Source: Eutreptiella sp. 'Long Island Sound 2002'
Taxonomy: Eukaryota; Protista; Euglenida
DNA: 64,000 nucleotides
NCBI GenBank assembly: GCA_964036045.1
Contig: OZ038378.1
Span: 94,674,001-94,738,000, forward strand
Direction of reading: 5' to 3'
Part shown: positions 13,120 through 26,034 of the stretch, piece after piece
How the letters are laid out: each line of letters begins with the position of its first letter
Numbering within the stretch: the first letter of the stretch is position 1
The notes under the pieces: generated by a model
Database searches by the model: none
Seen by the model: the letters and a program-made list of their open reading frames with translations, nothing else
What the model was told of the DNA's origin: nothing
Translations under genes and position numbers: made by a program

Positions 13120-15260
13120 TTAACAACCACTTGAACTACATTTTGCGCATTTATAAATTTCTTCGGTTTTTGGCGAAGTAAGCAAGGCAAATAGGCACAA
13201 AGACACGGAATCAGGGGCAAAACCCGCCAAAAGTCGGCAACGAGAGCATGTCCATTCAAAAGTGCGGTGCACAAAGGGTACATGGACGTGGCCACCAGCG
13301 CCTAGAGCGTAGAGAGCAACGACATTGTCCGCTACCTCAACTTCGAACATCTAGAACCCAATTGATGACCTCCAACAGCGGGTCCATCTGCTCCGGGTTG
13401 TACGCCACGTACCGCGGAGACTGAGAAATGCAAGAAGGTAGAATCAATGCATCACCACCTGCAGTATGCTTCGTTTCCAAATAAGTCCCGCGGAATACAC
13501 ACATACCTTCTTCGTGCACTTCTAGGACGACTTTTTGAGTCACGTTATAGCGCGTGGGCAAAAACCGGTCTTCTAGAGTGTGGCGGTGTCATGATAGGGA
13601 TCAACATCAAGGTCGTCACCCACCACCTGCAAATAGCTGCTCACATCTCCAGAATCCCTAGCAACGAGGACCAAGTACTCCTCTTTGGCCATTGCTCTCT
13701 TGATCAGTGGATGCACGCCTGCACACTAACCCTTTGGCAAACTTACGGCCAAGAAGGAGAACTCAATGGAGATGATCTCAGGTGCGACGGGCTTACCAGG
13801 CACGCCATGGATCACGTGGACGACTTTCCCGGCAGCATCAGTTTCATGTGGGAGCGTAACTCGATGGCGATCAAAACTATCACTACTGTCAATTTGAGGA
13901 GCAGAAGATGAAAATTAGAAACTAGTTTTATCGAACCATGCTGCATGTGCTGGCAATACTGACAAGGAGTACTTTCAATATCCTATGCCGTACTGTCGGG
14001 ACCCTGACAAACAATCCCATGTAGCCTACTGTCAGAATCCTAACAAATGACCGCATGTGGAGGGCTGCGGACCATATCGTTGCAGGGATGAAAGCTTTAG
14101 CCGAAAGTTGCCGGAGAGGCTCATAGCCGTTGTTGGACCACGACCCTACCTTCATTATACCTCCAATCGGAGGATGCAGACGTTGTACGGACCACCGCCA
14201 TTGGGGTGTGAGGCGAACAGCAAGATCTAACCTAGGAAGCTAATTGAGAATGCGCTGCCACTATACACGGGTCCCTAAACAGGCAGGCATTTGATAGAGA
14301 ATTGCACCAACAAATCCAACGAACAGGTGCAAGAGGTTGCAACACTTCTCGAATAATGCGCGTGCTCGTTGCTTGGATTCACTAGATGCTAGTCGTACAA
14401 ATGATTGGCCTTCATTACCTGACACGGCTTGTGCATTGCTGCAGAGTGAAACTGGTACCGTTGATAAGGGCCACAACCTTGTGCACTTCAAGCAGACCCA
14501 GCACTGCCAGAAGTCCACCTGAAAAGAATAAGGGCAGTTATCGTGTCACGATCTTGACAACACGTTGTGTATTTGTGTTAGGATTATATACTGGATATAG
14601 GATTATGGTAGTGGCACGGTATTTGTCTCACAACATGATTGTATCCCACACACTATTGTTAGGATCCCAACAGTGGCAAGGTATTTGTTTTAGAATAAGA
14701 TTGCATGATGGACGCAGTACTGCAAAGATCCTGACAGTAGCATGGTGCTATATCAAACAACTATATGCCAATTGACATCGAACACACCGTGTAAGAAGGT
14801 CACAATTATAGCTCAACTCACCCGCAGGCGGCGGATCCTCCTGCACGTTGATCCTGATCTCCGCCACGCGGTCCGGATCCACATATCGTGTTTGGCCCAG
14901 GGTTACGCCATCCTGTGACCTTAGTGCCGTCTGGGGTACCACCTCCTTGCGTTAAATCAAGCGGTCAAGCGTGGCCTCATCAGGGTCCCAGGGCGCGGAT
15001 GTGTCGCCGTACATCATTCCACCGTTCTTGCCGCACTGCTGCTTCGTGGCCTTAGGTCCCGATTGCTTTGTGTCATCGCCTTGATCGATGTTCGTGTAGC
15101 TGAACTTCATGTGGCTAGTCATTTGTGCACCCTCTCCTCATCCTCAGATGCTCTTGGGAACCTTCCTGCTGTGCCCTGTTCTTACGCCTCTTGTGTCGCC
15201 CACCCTCTCCACCCCCTGAGGATTGGGATGAGGGGGATGGCGAAGACATGAATGGCTCGT
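13120..15260 (-). pseudogene. Element F ParB-like gene, 5' and middle exons
   Basis: TLGQTRYVDPDRVAEIRINVQEDPPPA|gtgagt (14824-14942); LYD*HLVNPSN (compare LWEHHLCHPDN of A); IISIEFS...EEYLVLVARDSGDV (compare LIIVEVP...GTLVLIVGTTCDF). The GQH exon was not found. Confidence 0.65.
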
Positions 15261-15469
15261 GACAAGACCTATTCTTTCTGAGCGACCAACACCAAACCAT
15301 GCAGAAGGCCCTCTATAGGCTTTCAAGGCAGAAAAAAGTTGGGAATTTACAAAATCTTCTTAAAAGGCAGTTTTTTGTAACTGTCCCCTTTTTCACCACT
15401 ACCAAGTGTTGCAGCTTCAAATGTCATTTTCGGAAAGTACAACATACCACCACCAAATAATAAAACAAA

Positions 15470-16000
15470 TTATGGACACCAGGGACCAAGGCCATCAATT
15501 AGGCCATATCTGTAATATGCATGACTTGGTCCATTACATTCAGCTATGATGTTTGCCAGGTCATCTGCGTTTTGACCTGCTGTCAAGATCCCGATAGTTC
15601 TTGAAGGAACTGTACATGAACCGTCCACCTCATCTCCAGCCCAAGTGTGACGTGCATACGACGATGCACACATTAAAACATACAACACGATTCTTTCGGC
15701 TTTTTGTGCAGTTGGTTGTCCACGTTTTAGGATCCTAACGAAGCGAATGAGCGATGCGGTTGTGTAGGCTATTATGTGGGGTTGGTTTGCTAGTGTGCAG
15801 TATGAGGCTCCCAATGTTGCTCTTAGAGGCACAGCTTCGTGTGCAAATCTTCTCGATTACGCACGGTAGAACGACCACTGGGCCAATACGTGGATGGGCA
15901 TAGATGTCAAGTGCAAAGCGGCGAGCAGGGCGCTAGGGTGCCATCACAGGGGTTCCAAGTTATATGCTTAATCACACTCCACCACCCATGCGCACGTGCA
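15470..16000 (-). pseudogene. Element F transposase 3' fragment
   Basis: YARHTWAG resembles LVRxCNWxG and HGWWSVIKH resembles YGxWHxYK of A/B/C; same orientation, upstream of the ParB-like gene. Confidence 0.4.
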
Positions 16001-16684
16001 TTACTGTCAAGATCCTGACAAACATCCGGAAAAAAATCCGGACGCAACCATGTACGCATACTGTCACGATCTTGACACCAAAAGAACACTAAGCACAAGC
16101 ATGCATAGCCCATTTGCCATTCCCAGGATTGTACAACCAATGTGGTTACACATCATCAGTAATTATTTCCTGCATTATTCAGCAAATGTTTGGATGCCAA
16201 GAAGTACTCGTGCAGTCCCGATAGATGATCATCACTAGACAAAGCATAAAGTGCGTGAACATCTAGGGCACCTTGGGGGCCTGGTTTGGGAGCAGGCTCG
16301 GGTGGGGGCTCAGCCGCATATCTCGGTTGTCTCGGTACTGGTTGTGGTTTTGTTTTGGACCCGGGGGCGGTGGGCGCAGGCTCCTCATTTCTGAATGCAA
16401 ACTACCCCCCTCCCCAAAATAACTGTTGGCCGGAGAATCCTTTTGGGGGGTGGGGGGGTAGTTGGCGTCCTAGGACCCGCGGAATCCCCCCCCCCCGCGA
16501 GGATTTGGGTTTTGATTTGGGTTAGGGTGCGCGTCGCTGGTTAACCCGTTTGGCCACTGCACACAGCCTTTGTTAGGCCGGTCCATCATCCGCAATATCT
16601 GCTGCATTTCGCCCAGGCATGCCTTGAAAGGGCCCCTTAGTGCCTGTGTGTAATGGAACCTTATGCCTAAGACAATGCAACATG

Positions 16685-17110
16685 CCCTTGGTACACGCTA
16701 GAAGACCCAATCTCGTTCTAGCCTAGAACCCGCTGCAATGGGTGAAACGAAAAAAACTAGTGCTTGCCCCGACCCATGGGCATAGGGGGGCGGGGGTATG
16801 AAGGGTGCAAATTGGACCCCTATTACCATACTAGGGGGTCCATACCTTGTTTTTCAGAAAAAAAACCATTTTTCACATGAAATCCAACAAGTACAAAAAC
16901 CCATTCTAGCGACGTTCTAGCGCCCTTCTAGCGCCGCGCCGCTAGAACGGCGCTAGTACGTCGCTAGAAAGCTTCGCTACAACAAGGCTCGAAGAAAAAC
17001 ATACACGCACATTTGGCAAGTAAAAGATACCAATGTGGGAAAGGGGGGGGGGTTCCATGACACATAGACACATAGAAACCATCACATTTGGTACATGTCT
17101 AGTCATATGT

Positions 17111-17150
<40 letters not shown>

Positions 17151-18830
17151 ACATGCACGCATACATTTTGACATAGGCACGGACACTGTGGGGCTGCCCT
17201 CCCTTCGAGCATCCGTTGGGGGGGGGGGCGTCTTTGCTTTTGTCACACATTTTTCAGGGGGGGCTTCAGAACTACCTTAGGGGGGGGGGGTTGAACTCAG
17301 GCGTCTGGGAGGGTGTTCTTTTCTTTGTTTCACAGGTGGTTTTTTTATTGGATTTTTATGATATTTCACCGACGAAATGCAATTTCAAGTTGCAGGTATG
17401 CCAAGCAATGCTGTGCAGTGTTGTACTATGTTGTGGTCTCGTAAGGTGTAAAATAGTGTCATGTGGTGTGGTGTGCTGCGGTGTGCCGCGGTCTGCTGTA
17501 GTGTGTGATCTGCTTGGGTGTGCTGTACTGTGCAAGGCAGTAGTGTGTTGTGGTCACATGACGTGCCCTGTGGTGTGTTGTGGTGTCATGGGGTGCGGTC
17601 GGGTGTCATGTGGTGTGGTTTGGTGTCATGTGGTGTGTTGTGGTGGGGTGGGGTATCGTGTGACAAGGTTGCCCATCTAGTTGGTTGAAGGGTGTGTTGG
17701 CTGCTTGGCCGGTTGGGTTGTTTGGCAGCTTGGGTTATTTGTTGGGTGTTTGGCTGGTTGGGGCACGTTGTGTGGTGTCTGCACCCTGTGGGTGTGTGGT
17801 GCTGTATGCTGTTGTATGCGCTGTGATGACATGTCTCTGGGTACACATGTAATTACTACCATTCCACGGGAGGGGGGGAAGGCGGAAGAGCATTTACTCT
17901 TTTTGTTCTAGCAGCGTTCTAGGTTGTGGGTTCTTTGATGGGTGTTTAGCCGTGTGGGGCATGTTGTGTGGTGTCGGCACCGTGTGGTGTGTGCTGTGGT
18001 ATGTTGTTGTATGCTCTGTGATGTCATGTCTGTGGGTACACATGTATTTGCTGCCATTCCAAGGGAGGGGGGGGGGCTTGATCAGCATCGACTATTTGTG
18101 ACTTAGGGGCATTCGCGGGAACTGGTTTACCGACGTTCTAGCGCCGCCGCTAGAACGTCGCAGAACAGTTCCCTAAAACGCCGCTAGAACAAAAATAGTA
18201 GATGCTTACCAGCCCCCCCTCCCTCCCCTGGAATGGCAACAATCACATGTGTACCCACAGACATGCCATCACAGAGGACACAACAGCATGCGGCACCACA
18301 TACCCTACAGGTTGCAGAAAACACACAACATGCCCCAACCGGCTAAACACCCAACAAATAACACAAGCTGCCCAACAACCCAACCTGCCAAGCATCCAAC
18401 ACACCATTCAACCAACCACACCAACCACACAACATAAAAACACAGCACACCACAACGCACGTCATGTGACCAAAACACACTACCCCCCCACACAGTACAA
18501 CACACCACAGCCAATTGCACACTACAGCAGACCGCAGCGCAGCACAACACACGATAGCACAACACACCACATGACACGAGGCTACAGCACATGACACCAG
18601 ACCGCACCACATGACGTCGCAACACACCACAGCGCACCTCATGTGACCACAACGCAACACACCACGCCACTACGGAGCACATCACACCATAGCAGATCAC
18701 ACACCACAAGAGACTACAACACAGCACACCACACCACTTTACACCTTACAAGACCACAACACAGCACAACAGTGCACCGCATTGCATGTCATACCTACAA
18801 GTGGAAATTGCATTTCGTCAGTCAAATATC
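16685..18830 (-). mobile_element. E1: truncated, inverted copy of non-autonomous CCCTTGGTACACGCTAG-ended family
   Basis: Terminus cccttggtacacgctagaagacccaatctcgttctagcctagaac at 16685; interior matches the reverse complement of the right ends at 28799 and 52241. Contains (CA)n, ACACC-type repeats and ctagaac repeats. Confidence 0.8.
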
Positions 18831-20130
18831 ACCGCCGCCACAATCATTACCCTTGTCGGTTTTTTTTGGTAGTTTCTAGGTTGTGGACGTTTTGGTGAAC
18901 GCCACACACGCCAGGGCCGTCCGTGGGGCCTGGAGAGATGCGGAGAGAGCCCACAACGTACCCATGGAAACCCGCCAGTGGTCCTCTATCAAGTTCTTGG
19001 CAGTGGATCGATATGGAGATTGTTACCCGACAGTCTAGCAAAGTACTGATGCACGGTCAGGATCCTCACGGTGGTCTTATGTCCAGTTCCTGACGATGCT
19101 CAATCGTCTGGATCCTGAGGGTGGCGGTGCTGTGAGGATGTTGGAGGCGAGCTGCTATGAAGTATTTTTTGTATTGCATGTTTTTTTAGAAACGTGACAG
19201 GGAGACTAATGTTCCGTTGTCAGGATCTTGACAATAACTACCAAAACATAATATCGAATGCAGATGTGTTGTTAGGATCGTGTCAACAATGGGAGACAAC
19301 GGTGGATACATCACACAACTTTTTGAGCACCGGAAAGCAATAGTGAGGCAAAGTGAAAGAACGAACACAAGATTAGTTGAAACCAAAACCACATGTAACA
19401 ATAGGATGATACCCGAACCATACAACGATATCCGCATTTCACCTATTGCGAAATAGAAGTAGGATACAGATCCCATGGTGATTGCAATGCTGAATGTTTC
19501 CTTTGGTACACGCTAGAACACCCAATCTTGTTCTAGCCTAGAACACTTTGGCCTAGATGCTTAGGCCACGCCAACTACCCGCCCCATACGACCCAAACAT
19601 GTGCAGTTTTTCGCCTTTTTTGTGTCTTGTTTTTGTGTCTATGTTTTCCATGTGTCGCCTGTACTGTAATAGGTGGTGAAGAATAATTATACATTTATTG
19701 TGTGTCCTATGCATACACACTTTGAAACTCAAATTCACCGTCTCTATTTGCCAAATTTCCCAGGCCCGGGCGAAATTTCCCCTAGCTCCCCCGGATAGCA
19801 AAAAAAGGGATACATATTTTGATGTCTTGATGACCCTGGGCGAAATTTCCCCTAGCTCCGCCTCTTCTGCAGAATGTATAGGTCAAAAACACCAATCAGT
19901 GATCCTGGGCGAAATTTCTTCCAGCCCCCCTCCTGTTGTTTCTTTGCTTGTCTTGTGAGTGATATGTTGCCCTTTGCCTCACTGTCACTTAGGCCCACCA
20001 GTCGATAAAGTTGAACTTGGGCGAATTTTCTTCCACCTTGCCCTTACACCCTTGTACTTATGGGGTGGTACCTGTATTGGGTTCTGTTCACTAAATCTTA
20101 GGGGTGCTTCTGCCAATGTGGCTGTGAGAC

Positions 20131-22060
20131 ATGATTGATGTGCGCTTTCTTCAAACAGCCGAGGGGGGTACTCGCGTTCGGACCCCGAAGGCTGTGATTT
20201 GGGTGGCATTGAACGAAGGGAGGACACTCCCACTGCTGCAGCTGGCACTAGATTTGGGTCACAATCGAAAGACTAGACGCAATGTTGGGCATGTGCGGGC
20301 TGCCTGGGGATCTAGTCGTCCACCAAGATGGTTGTTGGTCATGCAGAAGCAAGTTTTCCCACTGTATAACATTGTGCAAGTGCTCACATATCCCCATGCT
20401 GAGAGAGCCACTGGAGCCCCATATCGCGGTACAATGACACAGTCCATCCGCCGTAAGCCGGCAATGGCAGAGGAATGCAGTATCAATGCTCCTGCTATCT
20501 CGGCCCACGCCATTGTTCAGACTTCATACCTATGGGATTCATTTGAGAGACAACAAATCACACTGTGGTTCGACAATTACCGTCGCTACATCAATGGGGT
20601 GGACCCCCGTAGCGCTGATAAGACTTTGAATGTGACTGCTATCGGTGTGTTGCACACCACTGAGCTGCCCCAGTACCATGGTCTGCCCGGTCTGGATGCT
20701 GCTGCACAACACATACCCGGGATTCTTGACTACCTTGTGCGTTGTGTTGGGTTGCTGTTGCAAAGAAGTACAGGCCCAAATGGGCCTATTCTGCGGACCT
20801 GGGTTCGTGCACCTCTGGACTATGCTCGCAATGCCGTGGTATCCCTCAACTGGAGGCCCTTATTGTTATCACACCTGAAATGCGGAAGTCATGTTGAGTT
20901 ATTGGAGTTTGTTAGGGGGCTAGAATGCTTGCAGGTGAAGACGAGACGGACTGTGCCATTTCTGATTGACATGAAGATCTTTTGCGCACTCCTGAAAATG
21001 TCGTTTGGAGCAAGCTATGCCCCGTGGCACGTAGACCAATTTTTGTTGGGACACCCGTAGCTTTATGGTGTCTGGCACCCATATAAGTATTCGGTGGAGA
21101 TAACCTATAAGGCATTTGCCCCTGTCATTAAATTTCTTGAGCAGGGTTGGGACCTGAAGGCAGGAGCTGTGGTGCCCATGAAAGTCAAATTGCGTCACAT
21201 GGAAAAAACCATTGTTGGTTTGTTCCTGGCTACAACTGCTAACAAAGCACGGCTTGATAGTACCACCCAGGTCCTTATGAGTAATCTTACTGAGCTGTCT
21301 GATGCTCAAAGACTGGGTCTGAGATGCCTGTTAGCCCTGAAAGCCCTGTTATATTTGCACTGTCAAGCACTACTGGCACTAGGGGTTCTTGTGCGTGGAT
21401 GTAACTGGAAGGGTCGCTCTCTGCATTCTACTGCTGCTGCAAAAGAATGTATTGGAATGAGTACTGTCTTGATGATGCATATCATACCTTCTGAAAAGTG
21501 GTTGAGCACTGAATACCTACGCACCAATACTGTAGCATTGCTTTTCTGGTGCGACTGGCACACCCGGGCACCTGGTTGCCTCTTTTCTGAAGAGTACGGC
21601 GAAGCAGTGCTTAGTCGCCTACTCATGAGGTCGAAGGAGATTGGTAATGCCCAGTCAGTGCAGTAGACAACGGATGTTTTTTTAACTCTCCCCCCGACAC
21701 TTCCAGGAGAGAAAAAATGCCAGGGTGTCCTGACGCAGAAGTCTATGGACAAGTACACAACACACGTGCGCTTGTTCATTCACAACATATCACATGCCTG
21801 GCTTCCCATTGCTATTGTGGAAGAGGATAAGTATGTGGTCAAACGTCTTGATGAAGCCCCCTGCATGCACTTTCCCGGAGTGTTGTCGCGTACAAGGGGT
21901 ACAAAAGCAGCAATTCGTGAGCCTTCTTGGGAATAGCCTACGGTGTCTGATTGCCAAGACTAAAATACCCAATGTTGTGGAGGATTTTCTGCATGCACCC
22001 CGTCGGCAACACTCCAATGTTGATCAGAGGCAGCGAAGTGGACAATACCAGAGTATCAAC
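20131..22060 (+). pseudogene. Element B DDE-like transposase
   Basis: LWFDNY..LNVTAIGVL..RAPLDY..WRPLLL..LIDMKIF..GHP*LYGVWHPYKY..LVRGCNWKG..EYLRT..FSEEYGEAVLSRL; ORFs 20131-21060, 21094-21666 and 21745-21936 are in one frame, separated by single stops. Confidence 0.85.
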
Positions 22061-22622
22061 ACAGCCGGTGGTAATGCTCCAAAACCAGCCGCCAAACCCC
22101 TAGCCCGCGGTGTGCAGGTGGTAGTCCCCCCCCCCCTCCCCGAGACCCCCCCACGAAACCCCCTGGCCTACACCCCATGCCTACTGCTGTACCGGTGGTA
22201 GATGATTTTATTTATGTTGACAGTGCCAGTGAGGGCCCAAAAGAGGTGCGTAGTAACTCGTCTCTCGAAATGCTTGATGAGGAAGAGGAGCTGGGACGGA
22301 GTACACAGGGTTGGGATTAATTTGACTCGGTTATATGCTATTGTGCTTCCAGCTGGGCGAAATTTCGCCCAGGCGCCCGACTTTCCTGATTTTGAGCCTG
22401 GTATTATTTCAAACTGCTAGACTTGGGCCAAATTTCGCCCAGCTTTTCGGTCAACGTGAATTTCATAGCCTTCAGCACTGTGTCATCCCTATTGTACGGC
22501 AGTTTCTGTTTCCGAACTTGGTTTATCCAAATTTCACCTAAGTTGGCTCATATCTCTGTCTCAGCACCCATATATCCTCATGTCAACACTCTGCATCTGA
22601 TGTTTTTCTTACCTTTTGAGCG

Positions 22623-25254
22623 ATGTCTTCTATTGAAGTCTCTCAAAATGTTGGTACACAGGCCGAAAACCCGGTGAATGATGAAGAGCATGTTAGTGGA
22701 AGTGAGGGAACGGCTGCTCGTGACACCCCCGCACCACAACCACAGCGCAAACCAGCCGCCAAACCGAGGCCAAAGCCAAAACCCAAAGGAAGTCAATCTA
22801 GAAGTCAATCTAGTAGATTACCTCACGTCCACAAAACGCATTCGTGTGCGATGGGATCGGATCCTAATTGATTCAGACCGCTCAGAAGGCCAGGATCGTG
22901 GGCTGAACCCCGACCAAGTCCAAGCCCGCTGTGATGATTTATTAAGGGCACCGCGACCTGATGGAATTGACGATTTAGTGCTGGTACTTGGCGTGCGTAT
23001 GTTCTGCCCTATCTTGTTTCGATTGTACTCGATCTTCACTGCCATTTCATTTTACTCTGTACTGCCTGGTACGTTATGTACAGCTGGGTTTTGGTATGCC
23101 GTTGGGGGTCAACACATCTACAAGCCTGCTATGCAACATCGCAAGGACAAGGAATCCAAAAATCACGCTCTGCTTACATGGACACGAGAGTTTGAAGGCT
23201 TTGAGGGTAGAAGAGACACTCCTTTGCCCATACGAAGAAAGCTAGCGGGGCTTCATCAAGTGCATACCACAAGCAGTAGTGTGTCAACAACCAGTGAACG
23301 GATGGCACTCCTACTAGAGCATCTTGGGGAGGATCCAGATGCCCCCTTGCTCACCCATACTCAGAACACGTTAGCTGAGATTGGCATTACTGCTCATGAA
23401 GGCAATGTGGTGTGTTCAACCTTTCGAATGTATTCGTTTTTGTTATACATTACTGTAAGCCTGTCTTTTTACCTGTCTCTTGCTGTCTTAGGTTGCTGTA
23501 GCCAAGCGTTCGGCAGGGTTGGGCAAGCTTGTCATATTCATTGCGCAGCCAGCTGTTGTCGCAGTTTATGGGATGCAGAAGCGAGATGTTGAATTGGGGC
23601 TTGGGGTATGCGAAGAGTGCGAAGGATTCATGCTAGACAGACTGTCAAGCATTGTCCGCAACATGTCGGGTACTAAAAGCACAGTACTGGAAATCAAACG
23701 TAAAGTAGAGTTGGCCAAAGTGGAGCAGTTTTGGGGGTGGCATGTGCTGAATCCGGATGCAGTCACTGAGGGGTTTGTGCACGAGTCCATGGGTTTGCTA
23801 CATTATTCTCCACTCTGAGTGGTAGTGATTTCTTAGTTTTTATTTCGTTGTTGACGCTGAGCTAGGCGAAATTTCGCCCAGGTTTCTCGATTTTCGTTCA
23901 TAAGCATACCATTTTTTAACGGCTTCATCTATGTCCTGCGTACACCCCCTGCAGCAAATCTTTGTACTGTGACTATGTGCAAAGAACAATGACGTATTAT
24001 GGCCCATATCCGGGTTCTGTATGGCAGCTGGGTGTGAAGTCCCGAGTCACCTTGGCCATCGTGGGCTTCTGTTGTCAAGGCAGTCTTTTGGACCTCCGAC
24101 CTTTACCAAGGGTTACGTGACAGGCTTCGCAAGCCCCGTGTGACACCATGCAAGTATTGAGAAGGCTGACGGTGGGCATCTGAGTCTTAAGTTGGGTGAT
24201 ACCATCATGAAGACACATACAGGGAAATTTCCGGAGGAGGAGGGTAGAGTCCCTTTGTGGGCAGGCTCCCCTGTTCTCAGCTTTATTCGTGCACTACCAT
24301 TTGTCTGCATCCTAATTGAAGTCCCACGTATGTGGACGTTGGCCCTCCACAATATTGTGGCGCAATTTTTATTGAATGGTATTCTGCTGGCGGTCACTGG
24401 TGAGACTGCCGATGTTCGGGCCTGTGTTAGCAACGTGAAGGCAGCCTCTGCTGTGGAATTTTTCCATGCCGATGTATGTGTGTACAACCTGTCCAAGGCA
24501 TCAGCACTGTAGAGCATTGGACAGGCTGCTCTTGCACTGTGTAGTCTGCACCAGTTTTCTGCATGCCTACCCCGATAGCTTTCTTCTATTCAGGGCACCC
24601 TGAGGAGTGCCATTCCTGTTGAAGTGTTGTGTTATTTGCTGTATACATTAGATTTCATTCAGCAGAACAGTACATGGGTAATTGTTTGCACATAGTAGCT
24701 AGATTTTTCTGCAGCCCTCTTTATTCAAAGCATGTTCCCTTGGAACATTGCAGTTGCATACTTGTCCGAGGAGAAGTCTGTTCCTGAGTCATTTGTTACT
24801 GATTTGAGGGTTGCTGTGTCGAACTGCGACACTCTAACACCAATCCGGTGGAAGCGAGTCTGTAGACCTTGGAGATGGTTTTCTAGTGGATTGGACGGGA
24901 AGGAGGTATGTAGATCAAGAAGACGAGGCGACCCAACCAGAGGAAGAGGACTGTGAGTCCCAGAAACGCCCACCCCCCCCCACAAAGTCAACCGGCTAGC
25001 AGGGGGACGGCACACCCGCCAAGGCCAAAAAACCAAAAGCTGGAGCAAGCAGCTCACAACAAAGCTCCAAGGCTGCATCAAAGCCTCTCCAACAAGGCGT
25101 TGGGCACGTTTGCAGCCCATTTCACACTGTCCGAGCAGACACAAAATGGACCTGGTGCCACTGGTGGTGCTAACAGTGAGATGCCTGGTGACCAGGCACC
25201 ACAAGAAAATGGTGGGCAATTTACCGGAAAGGGTTGCCCAACCAAAGGCACCTA
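22623..25254 (+). pseudogene. Element B ParB-like / methyltransferase-like gene (multi-exon)
   Basis: RIRVRWDRILIDSDRSEGQDRGLNPDQVQAR..GFWYAVGGQHIYK..RRKLAGLHQ; AQPAVVAVYGMQKR..FWGWHVLNPD; LPFVCILIEVP..LLNGILLAVTGET; all align to the element A protein. Confidence 0.8.
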
Positions 25255-26000
25255 GCCTGAGGAGGGGGCGCTAGAGTGACAATGGTGTGTGTCTTGACTG
25301 CTGTGTTGCATGTTTTTCCTGTTACACGTTTGAATGCCGTGCTCCGCTGTCTTTGCAGATACTATGGACGTTTTGCGCACTGTTTTTTTTTGTGTTTTAC
25401 TAAAGCTGGCAAAATTTCGCCTAGGCTCAGGTATTTCCTGGAATACACGGTTGGTTTTTACATTTTTGTTAAGCTGGAAGAAATTTCGCCCAAGGGTCTG
25501 AACAATGGCAAATATAGACCTCGATTATGATGCATGAATTTGAGTGACTGTCAATTGACCGTTATTGGGCGCACACCTGGTGCATCAATATTTGCCAAGT
25601 GTGTGCTGCCCTACTTCTTGCACCGCATCGCCTCGGTGGATGATACATTTGTGTGTAACATTGGAAAGGTTGGTGTATTCCAGAAACCTTCTTTCTTCCT
25701 TTGCTTTTCTAGTATGCATGCATGCCTCCTGTGTTTTGACAACTGGGGTGTGGTTACATGAGAATAGCATTTTAGATAAATACAGGTACTCATTTTTTCC
25801 TACCAGGTACAAGGGGACCCCTAGGTGCGGAATTCATACCCTGTTTTTGGGTGTACTCACAAGGGGCCAGTATGGCCCAACGGACCAAGCCTGTGGGTGG
25901 GGGGGGTGGGCCGTTAGCGTGGCCTAAGAGATGTTCTAGCCTAGATTAGATCAATGCTAGAACAATATAATAGCCTAGGTAGAACGCAAAAACAAATCAT

Positions 26001-26034
<34 letters not shown>

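Larger units (their letters stand above)
2700..19300 (-). mobile_element. Element F: decayed member of the ParB-carrying transposon family, split by later insertions (H+A, E1); ends unresolved
   Basis: About 15 copies of the palindrome TGTCAGGATCCTGACA (e.g. 2747, 2818, 2882, 3547, 13994, 14544, 14657, 14721, 16005, 16062, 19218, 19270), plus minus-strand protein fragments homologous to those of elements A/B/C. Confidence 0.65.
19560..25928 (+). mobile_element. Element B: 6369-bp TIR DNA transposon (transposase + ParB-like gene)
   Basis: TIRs cttaggccacgccaactacccgcccc / ggggtgggccgttagcgtggcctaag. 5-bp TSD AGATG at 19555-19559 and 25929-25933. Confidence 0.92.

Noticed and set aside
16942-18879. 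Many Cys/Val- or His/Thr-rich ORFs (also 25954-28379, 46033-46572, 50174-51985)
   Set aside because: Artefacts of (CA)n and ACACC-type microsatellites within the E family.
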